DNA of 64,000 nt from Nitrospirota bacterium (GCA_963788195.1 CAWBGA010000017.1:480001-544000), one strand, 5' to 3'; positions 31,273-43,609 are shown, counted from the first letter of the stretch. The notes: generated from the letters alone by a model not told the origin. Made by a program: numbers and translations.

Positions 31273-32661
31273 ATGAAGTTCTTTTTCTGGGTTATCACCC
31301 TTATCCTCTCAATCGTTGCGGCGGTGGTCTTTAGCGATCTCAATCCTGAGCGCATTACCCTTCGATTTCCCGCCAACTCCTCAACGACAGTCTCTCCGAT
31401 CACGCTCGTGCTCGCCTGCGTGATTGTCGGCGCTCTTGCCGTCACCATGCTGGTGGGGCTGCGTGAGATACGGGCGCTGATTCTCAATTGGCGGAGCAGC
31501 CGACGTCGGAAGCGGGAAGAAAGAATCGACGCCTACTATGCGGACGGCGTCCTCGCATCGCTGTCCAGGCGAACCACTGAAGCCATCTCCCTACTCCAGA
31601 AGCTCCTCGCCCTTGAGCCGGATCACATCCGCGCCCTGATGTTATTGGGAAATATCTTGCGGAGGGAGAAACATTACAACGAGGCCATCCGGCTGCATCG
31701 CAAGGCTCGTCAATTGGACGAAGGCAACCTGGAAATACTCTTTACACTTGCGAAGGACCTGCAAGAGGCAAAGCGCTATGAAGAGGCCATCCAAACGGTG
31801 GAAGAAGTCCTCAAAATTGACGCGACAAATCCTACAGCGCTCTACCGGCTCCGCGACATTCATATGCGTGCCGGAAGATGGCCCGAAGCACACGCCGCGC
31901 AGGAACGGTTGTTAAAGGCCGGCTTGCCGGAACGGGAGATAAAGTCCGAGACACAGATCATGACGGGTATAAAGTACGAAGTTGGCCGCAGCTTTCTGGA
32001 GCGTGGCGACCGCGATCAGGCCCGTCGTTACTTCAAAGACGCTATCAAACTGGACAAGGGATTCTTGCCTGCTCGGATTGGGTTCGGCGAGACCTTGATC
32101 CACGAAGGCAAGATGCGTCAGGCGGCGGAGTCCTGGGAAAAATCCTATATCAAGACGTGTAATCCAATCTTTCTGCAGCGCTTGGAGGACCTCTATCTCC
32201 AGATAGGCGAGCCGGGAGAAATGATCCGGATCTATCAGGAGGCGCTTGTTCGCACGCACATGGACCCTGCGATTAAACTTGCTTTAGGCAGGCTCTATTA
32301 CCGGCTCGAAATGATCGACGATGCCTTCGAATTGCTCTCTACACTCGAAGGGCTTTTCGACCCGGCCGGCGGCATTCACAAGATGATGGCGAGCCTGTAT
32401 ATTCGGAAGGGCAATACCGAAGCGGCTCTGTTGGAGATCCAGGAAGGCTTGGGCACGCCTCGTCCTGGATGGATAGCATTTCAGTGTACGACCTGCCTCT
32501 ATCAGACGCAGGAATGGAACGGACGATGCGCGGGGTGCGGCTCTTGGAATACGATCGCGATCAAGCCGCCGGTCGGCGTCACAGACGCTTCACTTGAAAA
32601 CGTACACATAGCCGGAACCGCGTCCGTGGCCAGCCTGAGAGCGCCGTTCGAAATCGTCTGA
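31273..32661 (+). CDS. LapA-like membrane domain plus TPR plus C-terminal CxxC/CxxC domain (LapB/YciM-like)
   Basis: Two N-terminal TM helices, TPRs (LGNILRR...AIRLH) and FQCTTC...WNGRCAGCGSWNT. Confidence 0.8.
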   Translation: MKFFFWVITLILSIVAAVVFSDLNPERITLRFPANSSTTVSPITLVLACVIVGALAVTMLVGLREIRALILNWRSSRRRKREERIDAYYADGVLASLSRRTTEAISLLQKLLALEPDHIRALMLLGNILRREKHYNEAIRLHRKARQLDEGNLEILFTLAKDLQEAKRYEEAIQTVEEVLKIDATNPTALYRLRDIHMRAGRWPEAHAAQERLLKAGLPEREIKSETQIMTGIKYEVGRSFLERGDRDQARRYFKDAIKLDKGFLPARIGFGETLIHEGKMRQAAESWEKSYIKTCNPIFLQRLEDLYLQIGEPGEMIRIYQEALVRTHMDPAIKLALGRLYYRLEMIDDAFELLSTLEGLFDPAGGIHKMMASLYIRKGNTEAALLEIQEGLGTPRPGWIAFQCTTCLYQTQEWNGRCAGCGSWNTIAIKPPVGVTDASLENVHIAGTASVASLRAPFEIV

Positions 32662-32699
32662 TTTGTGTCCACCGGAATTTCATAACTTGGCACCGCTTT

Positions 32700-32816
32700 C
32701 CGTTCGCCCTGAGGCAGGCCTGCGCCAAGTCGAAGGGCTTGTCCAAGGGCAAATCTAACTGTAAACTCCCGTCATGCTCGACCGGCTCGATGCTTCGACA
32801 GGCTCAGCATGAACGG
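32700..32816. repeat. Inverted pair of family-A REP elements
   Basis: CCGTTCGCCCTGAG...GTCGAAGGGC and TGCTTCGACAGGCTCAGCATGAACGG. Confidence 0.75.
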
Positions 32817-32848
32817 AATTGTTATCAGCTCGTCAAACATAGGAGTAC

Positions 32849-34392
32849 ATGGCTCCGCTTAAATCCGTGGCTCTTATCATTCTTGATGGCTGGGGCGAAA
32901 ACCGTAATCCCCAAGCGAATGCGATCGCGCACGCGAAACTTCCGTTTTACCGGTCGCTGCTCAAGGACTATCCGCATACGCTTCTCTCCGCGTCCGGGTG
33001 AAGATACCGGCCTTCCGGACAACCAAATGGGGAACTCAGAAGTCGGCCATATGAACATCGGCGCCGGCCGCATCGTCTATCAGGATTTAACTCGAATCAA
33101 TCGGGCGATACGTGATGGCTCTTTCGTCTCCAACCCGGTCTTTCAGGAAGTCCTGCGAAAAACGCGAGCAGCCGGCGGGCGGCTGCACCTGCTCGGTCTC
33201 CTCTCCGATGGCGGGGTCCATAGTCACATCACACATCTCTACGAACTCCTGAAGATGGCGAAATCCGCGGAGGTGCCGGTCTTTGTGCACGCGTTTCTCG
33301 ACGGGAGAGACGTGCCCCCGCAAAGCGGCCTCGGTTACATTCGTGATGCCGAAGCGAAAATGCAGGCCCTCAAAATCGGCGAGATCGCGACCGTGATCGG
33401 CCGCTATTACGCCATGGACCGGGATAACCGCTGGGATCGGGTGGCGCGCGCCTACGCCGCGATGGTTGAAGGGGCCGGCGAGCACCACACTACGGCGGAA
33501 CAGGCTGTCACCCAAAGTTATGCAAGCAAGGTTACAGACGAGTTTGTGCTACCGGCCGTCATTGGGGGGGGACACAATTCCCCGACAAAGAGCATTCACG
33601 ACGGCGACGGCGTCATCTTTTACAATTTCAGAGCCGACCGGGCCCGGGAACTGACCCGTGCCCTGACAGAGCCCGACTTTGACGACTTTCCCCGAAGCCA
33701 CGTTCCACATCTCTCAGCTTTCGCCACGATGACGTCCTACAACGATACCTTTCCGCACCCGGTGGCCTTTGCGCCCATGCGGCTCACGAAAAGCCTTCCC
33801 GAGATCATCAGCGAGCGAGGTCTGAACCAGCTTCGAATTGCAGAAACGGAGAAATACGCGCACGTTACCTACTTTTTCAACGGCGGGGACGAGACGATCT
33901 ATCCCGGTGAGGACCGCGTGCTCATTCCTTCTCCTAGAGACGTGCCGACTTATGACCTCAAGCCGCAAATGTCAGCTCACGAAGTGGCTGCAGAAGCCTC
34001 GCGGCGCATCAGCGCCGGCAAGTATTCATTGATTGTGCTTGAACTTCGCCAACCCTGACATGGTCGGACATACCGGAATCTTAACCGCGGCGGTGCAGGC
34101 AGCAGAGGTGGTGGATGACTGTCTAAAGCTGGTAGTCTCCACGATGCGCGCCATCGGCGGCGCGGTGATCATCACCGCCGACCACGGAAATATCGAGCAA
34201 ATGGTGGACTATGCGACCGGCGAGCCTCATACGGCACATACGTTGAACCCGGTGCCCTGCCTCATCGTGGATGATCACCCGCATGCGCTACGTCCCTCCG
34301 GAATACTGGCGGACATTGCGCCGACCATCCTGCACCTGATGGGCATTCCCCAGCCACCCGAGATGACCGGTGTCTCCCTCATCAAGGAGTGA
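32849..34392 (+). CDS. gpmI: 2,3-bisphosphoglycerate-independent phosphoglycerate mutase (frameshifts near 32997 and 34040)
   Basis: [42 protein letters not shown] and TADHGN motifs. Confidence 0.95.
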
Positions 34393-34396
34393 TCCC

Positions 34397-35410
34397 ATGA
34401 ACCCTGTTTCCTGTGCCACAGTGGACTTTCGCAGCTTGGCCGACAGAGTCATCGCCGGCGACACCCTCACGCGCGAAGAAGCCCGGGCCGTTTTACAGGT
34501 CCCGGACGAACGTCTATTGACACTCCTGGATGCCGCCTTCGTCATCCGCCAGCGGTTTTTCGGACGCAAGGTCCGTCTGCAAATGCTACAAAACGCCAAG
34601 AGCGGCGCCTGTCAGGAGGACTGCGGCTACTGTTCCCAATCGAAGGTCTCTACAGCAGAAATCGATCAGTACGGCCTGTTGTCAAAGTCGGAAATGGTCC
34701 AGGGCGCCCACCAGGCAGCCGCCTCCAAAGCGATACGGTACTGCATTGTTATCAGCGGGCGAGGACCGTTGGACCGAGAGCTCACCGCGATTTCCGAGGC
34801 AGTGAGGGAGATCAAGGAGTCGTGTTCCGTTCAAGTGTGTTGCTCGTTGGGGCTGTTATCTGAATCCGACGCCCGAAGGCTCAAAGAGGCCGGAGTAGAT
34901 CGGATCAACCACAATTTGAACAGCTCTGAGCGCTTTCATCCGGAAATCGTCACCACCCATAGCTATCAGGACAGGCTCACGACGATTCGAAATGCGCGTG
35001 CGGCGGGCCTGGAAATCTGCTCCGGCGGGATCGCAGGCATGGGGGAAGCCGACGAGGACCTCATCGATCTAGCGCTTGCCTTGCGAGACGTCGCGCCGCA
35101 CTCAATCCCGCTAAACTTCCTGCATCCCGTCGAAGGAACGCCAATGGAAGACCGGCACGAGCTCACTCCGCAACGCTGCCTCAAGATTCTGTGCCTTTTC
35201 CGATTCCTACATCCACGGACGGAGCTTCGGGTCGCAGGAGGACGAGAGTTCAATCTGCGCTCGCTACAAGCGTTGGCATTATATGCCGCCGATTCACTGT
35301 TTGTAGGAGGGTATCTCACGACGCCCGGGATGCCGGCAAACGAGGCCTGGAAGATGATTGAGGACCTCGGATTCGAGGTGGATTTGGTCGGCGCTCCGGT
35401 CCCGGCCTGA
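34397..35410 (+). CDS. bioB: Biotin synthase
   Basis: NAKSGACQEDCGYCSQS radical SAM motif, NHNL, CSGGI and RVAGGRE. Confidence 0.93.
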   Translation: MNPVSCATVDFRSLADRVIAGDTLTREEARAVLQVPDERLLTLLDAAFVIRQRFFGRKVRLQMLQNAKSGACQEDCGYCSQSKVSTAEIDQYGLLSKSEMVQGAHQAAASKAIRYCIVISGRGPLDRELTAISEAVREIKESCSVQVCCSLGLLSESDARRLKEAGVDRINHNLNSSERFHPEIVTTHSYQDRLTTIRNARAAGLEICSGGIAGMGEADEDLIDLALALRDVAPHSIPLNFLHPVEGTPMEDRHELTPQRCLKILCLFRFLHPRTELRVAGGREFNLRSLQALALYAADSLFVGGYLTTPGMPANEAWKMIEDLGFEVDLVGAPVPA

Positions 35411-35414
35411 TCCT

Positions 35415-36177
35415 TTACCCTCCTTTTTTGTCTCGCGCCAACAGCAGCGCGCGAAACATTTGGGCCTCTTTGCGATTCTCGGTCAAAATATCGGCATCGC
35501 TGCCCACTTCCTGGGGCTCTCTGGCCAGGAACTCCGTGAGACGATTCACTGTCTTCACACCCCGCGTGAGCTTGTCGTTGATCAATCGTTGAAGAATGGG
35601 ACGCATGAGTTTGACAAGATGTGCGAGGAAACGATTGTCCAGCCGCGAAAAAACCGTCACCTTCGTATCCACGCTTTCCCGACCGTCGCGCGTCAGGTGT
35701 CGCATGATAGGACAGCACCACAATTCCGGCGCCGGTAATCTTGGGAATGACATAGCCCTTCTGGCTTCCCTGCAGATGATATATGCGTCGAACGGGATCC
35801 TGGTATAAGAGCGTGACCGTGGCTTCTCCGCCTTGATTGTCTTCTCCCGTAAACATGGTTGGTGAGACCTCAGTAACGACATAGCCGCCGAACCTGTAGT
35901 GCCGCACCGCATTGGACGTCAGGGCCGGATGGTCCAAGAGAAAGTCATACAGCGGCTTAGGGATCGGAACCTGCACAGATGGAACCAACTGAAAGGTCGT
36001 ATAGTCATTGACCACTTCCGCCAGGCGGCAAATCGCGGCGGGCTCCATCTTCTCAAGAGGCAGAACGACGTCGGAACGGTCGAGACTGACCGCACAGGCA
36101 AGCAAGGAGGAGGGCCAGATGACGAAGATCGTTACGGGGTATAGAGAGGCCAGGCAACGAGAACCGCAACGTTTCAT
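35415..36177 (-). CDS. Hypothetical exported protein (frameshift near 35700)
   Basis: N-terminal part in ORF 34966-36177 and C-terminal part in ORF 35415-35912. Confidence 0.55.
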
Positions 36178-36212
36178 GAGCAGGCTGCGACGGGAGTGCC
36201 CTTTCTTCGAAC

Positions 36213-36636
36213 CTATTCGCCGATCATCTGGATGATCAGGTCTCTGGTGCGCGCACGCGTATCGAAGTCGACCACCACGATTTGCTGCCAGGTTCCGAGG
36301 AGCAGTGACTGATCAGCAAATGGCACCGTCACCGAGGCGCCTTGCAAATGGCCCCGGAGGTGGCTGTGAGCGTTATCTTCCCCGGCGTTTAAGGTATTGT
36401 GCTGCCAATTGGCGTCCGGAGGGATCAGCCGCTCCCAGATCGTTTTTGTGTCGGCGCGAGTCCCCGGCTCGTCCTCTATGATCATCACCGCCGCCGTCGT
36501 GTGCTTGATGAATACGACCGCGATCCCCGCCGCGAGCCCGCTTTTCGCGACGGCATCCTCCACTCGTCTTGGTAATGTTCTCAATCTGCGTTTCGCCTCG
36601 CATTTTGAGCCGGAACTCACTGGTCTTTACACTCAT
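36213..36636 (-). CDS. YjbQ/UPF0047 family protein (frameshift near 36570)
   Basis: HTTAA, NAHSHL and LLGTWQQIVVVDFD motifs. Confidence 0.88.
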
Positions 36637-36661
36637 GAGTTATTTCTCATTCCAAATTCCC

Positions 36662-37660
36662 TCAGTCGTTTCGCCGCTTCGCGCGCGCTTCAGGGCCAGG
36701 CTTTCTGCCGACTGCCGATGCCAGAGCTTTGAGATACTTTGACTCGGCTGAGGAAAGGGGTTTTCCCCGCGCTTCACGTAGGATGCCGTCAAAAGCGCCT
36801 TCTGCCGCCAATCCGCGGACTGCATTGAGCACCCTTTGGCTCAAAATCTTCTCCACACGCAGTTTCTCGAGGTACGCAAACGCTTCGGAGAGTCTCTCCT
36901 TGTGCCGTGTGTAATAGTCCTGCCCACGCTTGCGATTACTGTACGCCTCGAATTGCTCACACGCCACCAGCACTTCGGCCAACTCGTGAAGCCATGCCGG
37001 CGCACGGTTGAGCTTTTCGGGATAGTAGTAGTACAGCATGACCCGTTGCATCCACGGAACCCACCTGATGCCGAGGGCGGCAAGCTTCGGTTTGACGGCG
37101 CGCAATTGACGGGCTAAGCGCCGTGCGTATCCGAGACGCATTTCAACCTGCTCGCATGTCCATTCGTCAATCGGAATGCCGAGCTTGGCGAGTTCATGGC
37201 GGTGTTCCTCCAGAAACGCCTCGGTTTCGCGCCCGTAGCGGGTTCTCGGATGAATCGCGCGCCATTCGCGTGGCCTCGTCGGGATGCCCTGTCGGCGGGC
37301 CCAGGACCATATCGCCCCGAACAGCTTTTGGTCCAATCCCGCTCGCCCCAGATCGTGCAACAAGACAGGCGATCTCGTAGTCGTAGATTCGTTGCCTCGG
37401 AATGACCTAGGCGCCTCGCAACTGCAGAGCACATTCGAGCAGTCCGAAGAGCATGCGGACCGTCATAGCCCAGGATGATGCTGCCGGGTCGCGAGGATGA
37501 GGATAATTGTAGAGATCAAGAGCTTCCGGGCCAGGCGGCACGAAAGCCTTTGGACCAGAAGCGTCGTTCGCGGTTCTTTACAGTTGCTGCGCGGAGGCTT
37601 TTCCTGCGTCCAGCGTTGATAAAATCGAAGCAATAGGTTGAGACAGCCTGCAGTGTTCAT
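36662..37660 (-). CDS. HD-motif-containing hypothetical protein, fragmented by indels
   Basis: H...LLHDLGR pattern across frames; ends approximate. Confidence 0.5.
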
Positions 37661-37690
37661 TCAGCCGCGGCGATTGTATCCTAAGATCGG

Positions 37691-38338
37691 TCATTTGTTT
37701 CGTTGGTAGTAGAGCTCCAAGGCGTCTCGATAGCCGGCCTTCTGCCCTTCCTCCCAAGCATTTTCCAAACGCCGCTTCAACCGATCGACATCCTGCTCCC
37801 GCTTGGGGTCGGCCGCCCGTTGTTTAAGCAGATTGAACAGCGCGACATGAATGATCTTGCTGCGCCGCACCTCCATGTCTTCGTTGATCCAACCGCGAAA
37901 AGCGTCCAGGGCGTGGTCCATGACGATTTGTGGCTTGAAGGCGTCGTAGCCGATCTTCTCTTTCGTCAGACGCCGCACGACTTCGATTTCCTTCCTGAGC
38001 TGTGCAATATTATTTAACAAATATCCTTGAATGTCGCCGTGCCCGGCCTCATACAGCTTCTCCAGGACCTCACTGACATAGATTTCTGGGTTGGCCGGCT
38101 TTTCTTTGACTCCAAAGGTCCCATGGCCGCCGAATCGCATGCGGTCATAGTCAACCTTCGCGGCCGTGTCGCCGACGACGCCATAGGCTTCGCTGATCTC
38201 CTTGAAGCGCGCTTCGGCCTTCTTATCGCCGGGATGATGATCAGGATGGTTTTCTTTCGCCAGACGCCTGAAGGCCGTCTTGATCTCCAGAAGGCTGGCA
38301 TCCCTCTCAACCCCGAGAACTTGGTAATAATCTTTCAT
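37691..38338 (-). CDS. DnaJ (J)-domain protein
   Basis: MKDYYQVLGV...HPD...FKEISEAY. Confidence 0.9.
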   Translation of the reverse strand: MKDYYQVLGVERDASLLEIKTAFRRLAKENHPDHHPGDKKAEARFKEISEAYGVVGDTAAKVDYDRMRFGGHGTFGVKEKPANPEIYVSEVLEKLYEAGHGDIQGYLLNNIAQLRKEIEVVRRLTKEKIGYDAFKPQIVMDHALDAFRGWINEDMEVRRSKIIHVALFNLLKQRAADPKREQDVDRLKRRLENAWEEGQKAGYRDALELYYQRNK

Positions 38339-38435
38339 TATCCGGTGACTATAACATTCCCGGCGTATCCAAGCACTCCATCCGCATGACCCATGAACAT
38401 TGCGAAATTCAAGGCCGAGCAGGTACCATGTCGGC

Positions 38436-40503
38436 ATGAGCGACCAGCTCGACACATCGCAGCCTACGAACCATCTCATCCACGAGACAAGCCCCTATCT
38501 CAAGCAGCACGCCCATAATCCTGTCGAGTGGTACCCGTGGGGACACGAAGCGCTAGCTCGCGCCAAATCCGAGAATAAGCCCATTCTCTTATCGATCGGG
38601 TATTCCGCCTGTCATTGGTGCCATGTCATGGAACGCGAGTCGTTCGAAAATCCGGACATCGCCAATCTGATGAATCAGCATTTCATCAACATAAAGGTTG
38701 ATCGCGAAGAACGCCCCGATCTGGACGATATCTATCAGAAATCGGCGCAGGCTTTTATGCGGCGCGGTGGGGGCTGGCCGCTGACTATCTTCCTCACGCC
38801 GGATCAGGAGCCGTTCTGGGGCGGCACCTATTTTCCTCCGGTCTCCCGCCACGGCATGCCGGGATTCCCCGAAGTCCTTCTCGGAGTCTCCGAGGCATAT
38901 CAAAAAGAGCCTGGACAGGTGCGCGAGAACATCCAGAAGGTGAGAACAGGGCTGCGGCGTATCAGTTCCCCGCAGCCCTCAGATGCGTCCCTGAGCGAGG
39001 AGTTGTTGGACAACGCCGTCCGCGATCTCAGCACTTTCTATGAGCCCATCAACGGCGGCTTTGGTGATGCGCCCAAGTTTCCCACGTCACCACCTATTCA
39101 CCTCCTGCTTCGCCAATTCAGCCGCACGAAAGACCAAAAGATGCTGGATATGTCACTCCATTCCCTTTGGAAGATAGCGGCTGGAGGCATCTACGATCAT
39201 CTCGGAGGGGGCTTTCATCGTTATTCCACCGACGCCCAGTGGCTCGTTCCGCACTTTGAAAAAATGCTGTACGACAACGCTCAACTCGTGCGTCTGTATC
39301 TGGACGCATGGCGCTTGAGCCGGGAGCCACGTTTTCGCCAGGTCGTCGATCAGACATTAGAGTATCTCCAGCGTGAAATGATCCATCCGGATGGCGGCTT
39401 CTACACGGCGCAGGACGCCGACAGCGAAGGCCATGAGGGAAAGTACTTCGTCTGGACGCCGGCAGAAGTGAAGGCCATCCTCGGACCGGAGGCGGGAGAT
39501 CTCTTCTGTCGCGTCTATGACATTACCGACCAAGGAAACTTTGAAGGCAAAAATATTCCTAACCTGATCAAAAGCAACGGCCGAATAGAGGTCCAGGACG
39601 TTCCAGACGTCGAGCAACAGATGACTGCTGCGCAGGCAAACGCTTCTGAACGCCCGCGAGCAACGTATTAAACCCTTACGCGACGATAAGATTCTGACCA
39701 GCTGGAATGGTTTGATGATCTCCGGAGTCCTCGACGCCTATCAAGCGTTGGGGAACCCTGCGTATCTGGCCATGGCAGAAAAAGCGCTCGCCTTTCTTCT
39801 GGCGAGCGCCTACAAGAACGGCCGCCTCTTCAGAACCGTCACCGACGGACAGGGCCGCTTGAATGGATACCTGGACGATTACGCGTTCTTGACTGCCGCG
39901 CTCATCGATGCATTCGAGGCTACGTCTCGACCGGAATATCTGGAGAAGGCGCGGGAGCTCACGGCCGTTCTGCTCGAGCAATTCTGGGATCCCCAAGCCG
40001 GTGGGTGCTTTTTTACGGGCCGCGACCATGAGACCTTGATCCAGCGAATGAAAAGCGGCGAGGATTCCGCGATCCCCTCGGGGAATGCCATTACGACCAT
40101 GAACTTTCTGCGACTGTTCTCGTATACAGGTGAGCAGATCTATCTTGATCGGGCCGAGCTGACGCTGCGGCTATTTCATGAGCAGATGAGCCGCAACCCG
40201 TATGGCACGTCGTCTCTATTGTGCGCCTTGGACTTTTATCTTTCGAAGCCCAAAGACATCGTTTTAGTCGGCTCACGCAGTGACCCCGAGATGGCCGGTC
40301 TGCTGAGCCAGATCCATGGTCGATACGTGCCGAACAAGACGATCGTGGTGGTCAACGGAGACACTGTCGAGGGATCGATCGGAGTGCCGGCTGCCGCCAA
40401 AGGAAAAACCGCAATTCATGGCAAGCCAACCGCGTATGTCTGCCACAACTTCACCTGCTCGCAGCCGGCCACGGATTGGGAGACCCTGGAGAAATTGCTC
40501 TAG
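38436..40503 (+). CDS. YyaL/SPATA20-like thioredoxin-domain protein (frameshift near 39640)
   Basis: [38 protein letters not shown] and YVCHNFTC motifs. Confidence 0.92.
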
Positions 40504-40615
40504 AAGCCATCGGACGGTTGCGTATTGGGAATGCCTATTACTCCGTGAACCCATTTAAACGGTTCAGGCACGACCAGGGTCATGATCTCCGAGTAACGGG
40601 ACGCCGCTTAACGGA

Positions 40616-42388
40616 ATGGGCATTCCGATCGGCCAGGGTAATTGTCCTGGCCGCCTTCTGTACCCCCGGCGGTTTTGCCTGGGGGCGCTCACAGCCGATC
40701 AGACAGCCGTTCTTGCCAATCGCAACAGCCCTGACAGTTTGGCCATCGCACAGCATTATGCGGAGCGGCGAGGACTGAAGCCGGACCACATCATCATTCT
40801 GGATCTGGGGACTGACGAGACCATCGGCCGCGGGCATTACGAACAGCATCTGATTAAACCGCTCCGCCAGGCACTTGAGGCCCGCAACCTTGCGTCCCAC
40901 ATCAGGTGTCTAGTCACGACGTATGGGATTCCGCTCGCGGTGGTGGCGCCTCAGCCCACCGACGATGAGCGGCGGTGGAGCAAGGACGCGGCACAGCGGC
41001 AGGAGAAGGCCCTTGTTCACCTCCAGCTCCTCGAAGGATGGGTGAAACAAATCGCCGCTTCATCAGCGCGAGATCCGTCCGCTCCCGCGACGAGCGGTCC
41101 CTCATCAGATGCGTCAAAGGGAACGCCCGCGCTTTTGAAAAGCGTCGCGGACGCCATCCGTGAGGCTGCCGGACGTATAGGGACTATCTCAGATCGAGAC
41201 AAGGCCCTCCAGCAGCGCGAGGAACTTGCACGTCTGGTCCAACAATTCGGGGGACCCAATGCCCTCCTTCAGGAATTTTACTCAATCGGTTCAACGAACC
41301 AGCAACAGGACCGCCAGCGGATCGAACAATACCGCCAGCAGATCGGTACTGCCGAGAGGTTGATCCGGGTTTTAAGCGCGGCGCCATCGGACCTTCATAG
41401 GCAAAGCGCATACCGGGTGGCGCAACAAGTGTTCGGCTTGCGAGGCGTTCTCGCGCTGGCCCAGGAGGAATCGGAAAGATTCTCATATCTGAATGGAAAC
41501 GCAAGTATCGACAGTGAACTCAGTCTCCTCTGGTGGGACCGAGGTGATTATAATGTCGCGGGACGTATGCCGAATCCCATGTTTCAGAGCCGGACAACAA
41601 CGCAGTCTCTACAGAGCCTGCCGATTGTGATGGTCGCCCGGCTGGATGCTCCAACTCCAGAATTGGCGCGGCGCCTGGTGGATCAGGCCCTCACGGCGGA
41701 ACAACATGGGCTCGCTGGAAAATTTTACTTGGATGCGGAAGGTCTGAAGCCGGATGCGGGGAGCTATGGATTCTATGATCAAAGCCTCCGAGACTTAGCC
41801 GCCCTCGTTCGCCGCGCTACTTCTTATGAGGTCCGGCTCGACGACACTCCGCAGCGCTTCAGCCAGCCGGGGCAGGCTCCGGATGTCGCGCTATATATAG
41901 GATGGTACCGGTTGCGGTCTTATGAAAACGCCTTTTCTTTTAATCCGGGCGCCATTGGCTATCACATTGCGTCCGGCGAGGCGGTGAGCCTGCATGATCC
42001 AGATGAACCAGGTTGGTGCAAGAACGCCTTGGAGCACGGGATCACCGCGACGTTGGGTTCGATTGGCGAACCATACCTCGACTCCTTCCCTGCCCCCAAG
42101 GATTTCGTGGCGTTGCTTCTTAGCGGTCGTTACACGCTCGTGGAAGCGTATTACTTGACGACGAGATATGTGAGTTGGCGTATGGTACTGGTGGGAGATC
42201 CCTTATATAATCCTTGGCGAGATAACGGCTACACAAAGGTGGAGGTCCAGCCCCTACCGATTCCGCCGAGCGATCTGAAGTTTCCTGATCCTGTGAAGGC
42301 AAGGCAGGAATACCAATCGCAACTGCAGAACGCGCTCGCCCAAGTGGAGCGCCTCATCGAACAAATGGAGAAAGGCAGGCGACCTTAA
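40616..42388 (+). CDS. TIGR03790-like exported protein (N-terminus probably frameshifted at the G run near 40681)
   Basis: AVLANRNS...YAERR, ASIDSEL, MVARLDAP, GAIGYHIAS, EPYL and VGDPLYNP motifs. Confidence 0.8.
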   Translation: MGIPIGQGNCPGRLLYPRRFCLGALTADQTAVLANRNSPDSLAIAQHYAERRGLKPDHIIILDLGTDETIGRGHYEQHLIKPLRQALEARNLASHIRCLVTTYGIPLAVVAPQPTDDERRWSKDAAQRQEKALVHLQLLEGWVKQIAASSARDPSAPATSGPSSDASKGTPALLKSVADAIREAAGRIGTISDRDKALQQREELARLVQQFGGPNALLQEFYSIGSTNQQQDRQRIEQYRQQIGTAERLIRVLSAAPSDLHRQSAYRVAQQVFGLRGVLALAQEESERFSYLNGNASIDSELSLLWWDRGDYNVAGRMPNPMFQSRTTTQSLQSLPIVMVARLDAPTPELARRLVDQALTAEQHGLAGKFYLDAEGLKPDAGSYGFYDQSLRDLAALVRRATSYEVRLDDTPQRFSQPGQAPDVALYIGWYRLRSYENAFSFNPGAIGYHIASGEAVSLHDPDEPGWCKNALEHGITATLGSIGEPYLDSFPAPKDFVALLLSGRYTLVEAYYLTTRYVSWRMVLVGDPLYNPWRDNGYTKVEVQPLPIPPSDLKFPDPVKARQEYQSQLQNALAQVERLIEQMEKGRRP

Positions 42389-42432
42389 GGGTAAACGCCA
42401 GGACTAACAATTCCGGTTGAGGAGGTTTGAAA

Positions 42433-42765
42433 ATGGCCACACTCGATGACCTGCTCAAGATCAACGGCGTCATCGCCGCAGGCGAATTTACATCTGATGG
42501 CAAACTTGTAGATTTCAAGACGAAGACCGACATGTCAAAGGACTTAGGAGTCTTGACCGCGCAGTTCTGCGCGACCGTGACAATGTTATTCAACACGCTG
42601 GCCGCCGCCCATTCGAAGCTGAGCGGGATGAACTGGCTGCCCCAGCAGGGATGGATGTACGCCGGCGGAGAGTGGACGGTGGCCGTCGGCGGAACCCGAG
42701 GAGTGTTTATCGAAACCGCCAAGGCGGATTTTAATCAACTGTTCAAAGTTCTTGTCGGTAGGTAA
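42433..42765 (+). CDS. DUF2173-like small protein
   Basis: LDDLLKINGVIAAGEF...WLPQQGWMYAGG pattern; GGAGG RBS. Confidence 0.7.
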   Translation: MATLDDLLKINGVIAAGEFTSDGKLVDFKTKTDMSKDLGVLTAQFCATVTMLFNTLAAAHSKLSGMNWLPQQGWMYAGGEWTVAVGGTRGVFIETAKADFNQLFKVLVGR

Positions 42766-42804
42766 CAGGCGTCCTACACGAAGCGCAGGCGGTATTGTTG
42801 CAGG

Positions 42805-43609
42805 CTATTTTAGCCCCAGCACGTCTTGCATGTCGTAAAGACCCGCAGGTTGCTTGACGATCCATTCCGCAGCCCGCAGCGCCCCCGCCGCAAAAGTATC
42901 GCGACTTGAAGCGCGGTGCGTGACCTCGAGGCGCTCACCCATGCCGCCAAACAGAACCGTGTGGTCGCCTATGATATCGCCCGCACGAATGACCTGCATG
43001 CCAATCTCGCCGCGCTTGCGTTCGCCGATCATGCCTCTACGGCCATAGGCGGCGACCTGGTTCAGGTCCTTTCCTGTGGCCTCGGCCAGCACCTGAGCGA
43101 TCTTCAACGCGGTCCCGCTCGGCGCATCCTTCTTGAGCCGGTGGTGGGCCTCCAGCACCTCCACGTCGTAGTCATCGCCCAACCGTCGCGCCATCTCCGC
43201 AATGACTTTCAGCATGAGATTCACGCCGACGCTCATGTTCGGCGCGAACACGCAGGCGATCGCTTTTGCTTTAGTCTTTAGCTCAGAGACTTGCTCGGCA
43301 GAAAGACCGGTGGTCCCGATAACCATTGCCTTCTTCTGACCGGCCATAATTTCCATGTGGGCCAAGCGTGGCCTCGGGGGCGGTAAATTCGATCAGCACG
43401 TCGGCCTTCTCGGCAAGCACGGTCAAGTCATCGGTGATCGGGATACCCTGCCGATCGGCACCCGCCACTTCTCCCGCATCCCGGCCGATTGCGGGATGGC
43501 CCTTCTTTTCTATGGCGCCCGCGAGCTGCAAGGACCTGGATTCTGTAATCAGGCTGATCAGGCGGCCGCCCATCCGTCCGCCAGCACCCGCCACAATAAC
43601 CTTAATCAC
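42805..43609 (-). CDS. dapB: 4-hydroxy-tetrahydrodipicolinate reductase (frameshift near 43365)
   Basis: GAGGRMG, VIGTTG, APNMSVG and [15 protein letters not shown] motifs. Confidence 0.95.
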
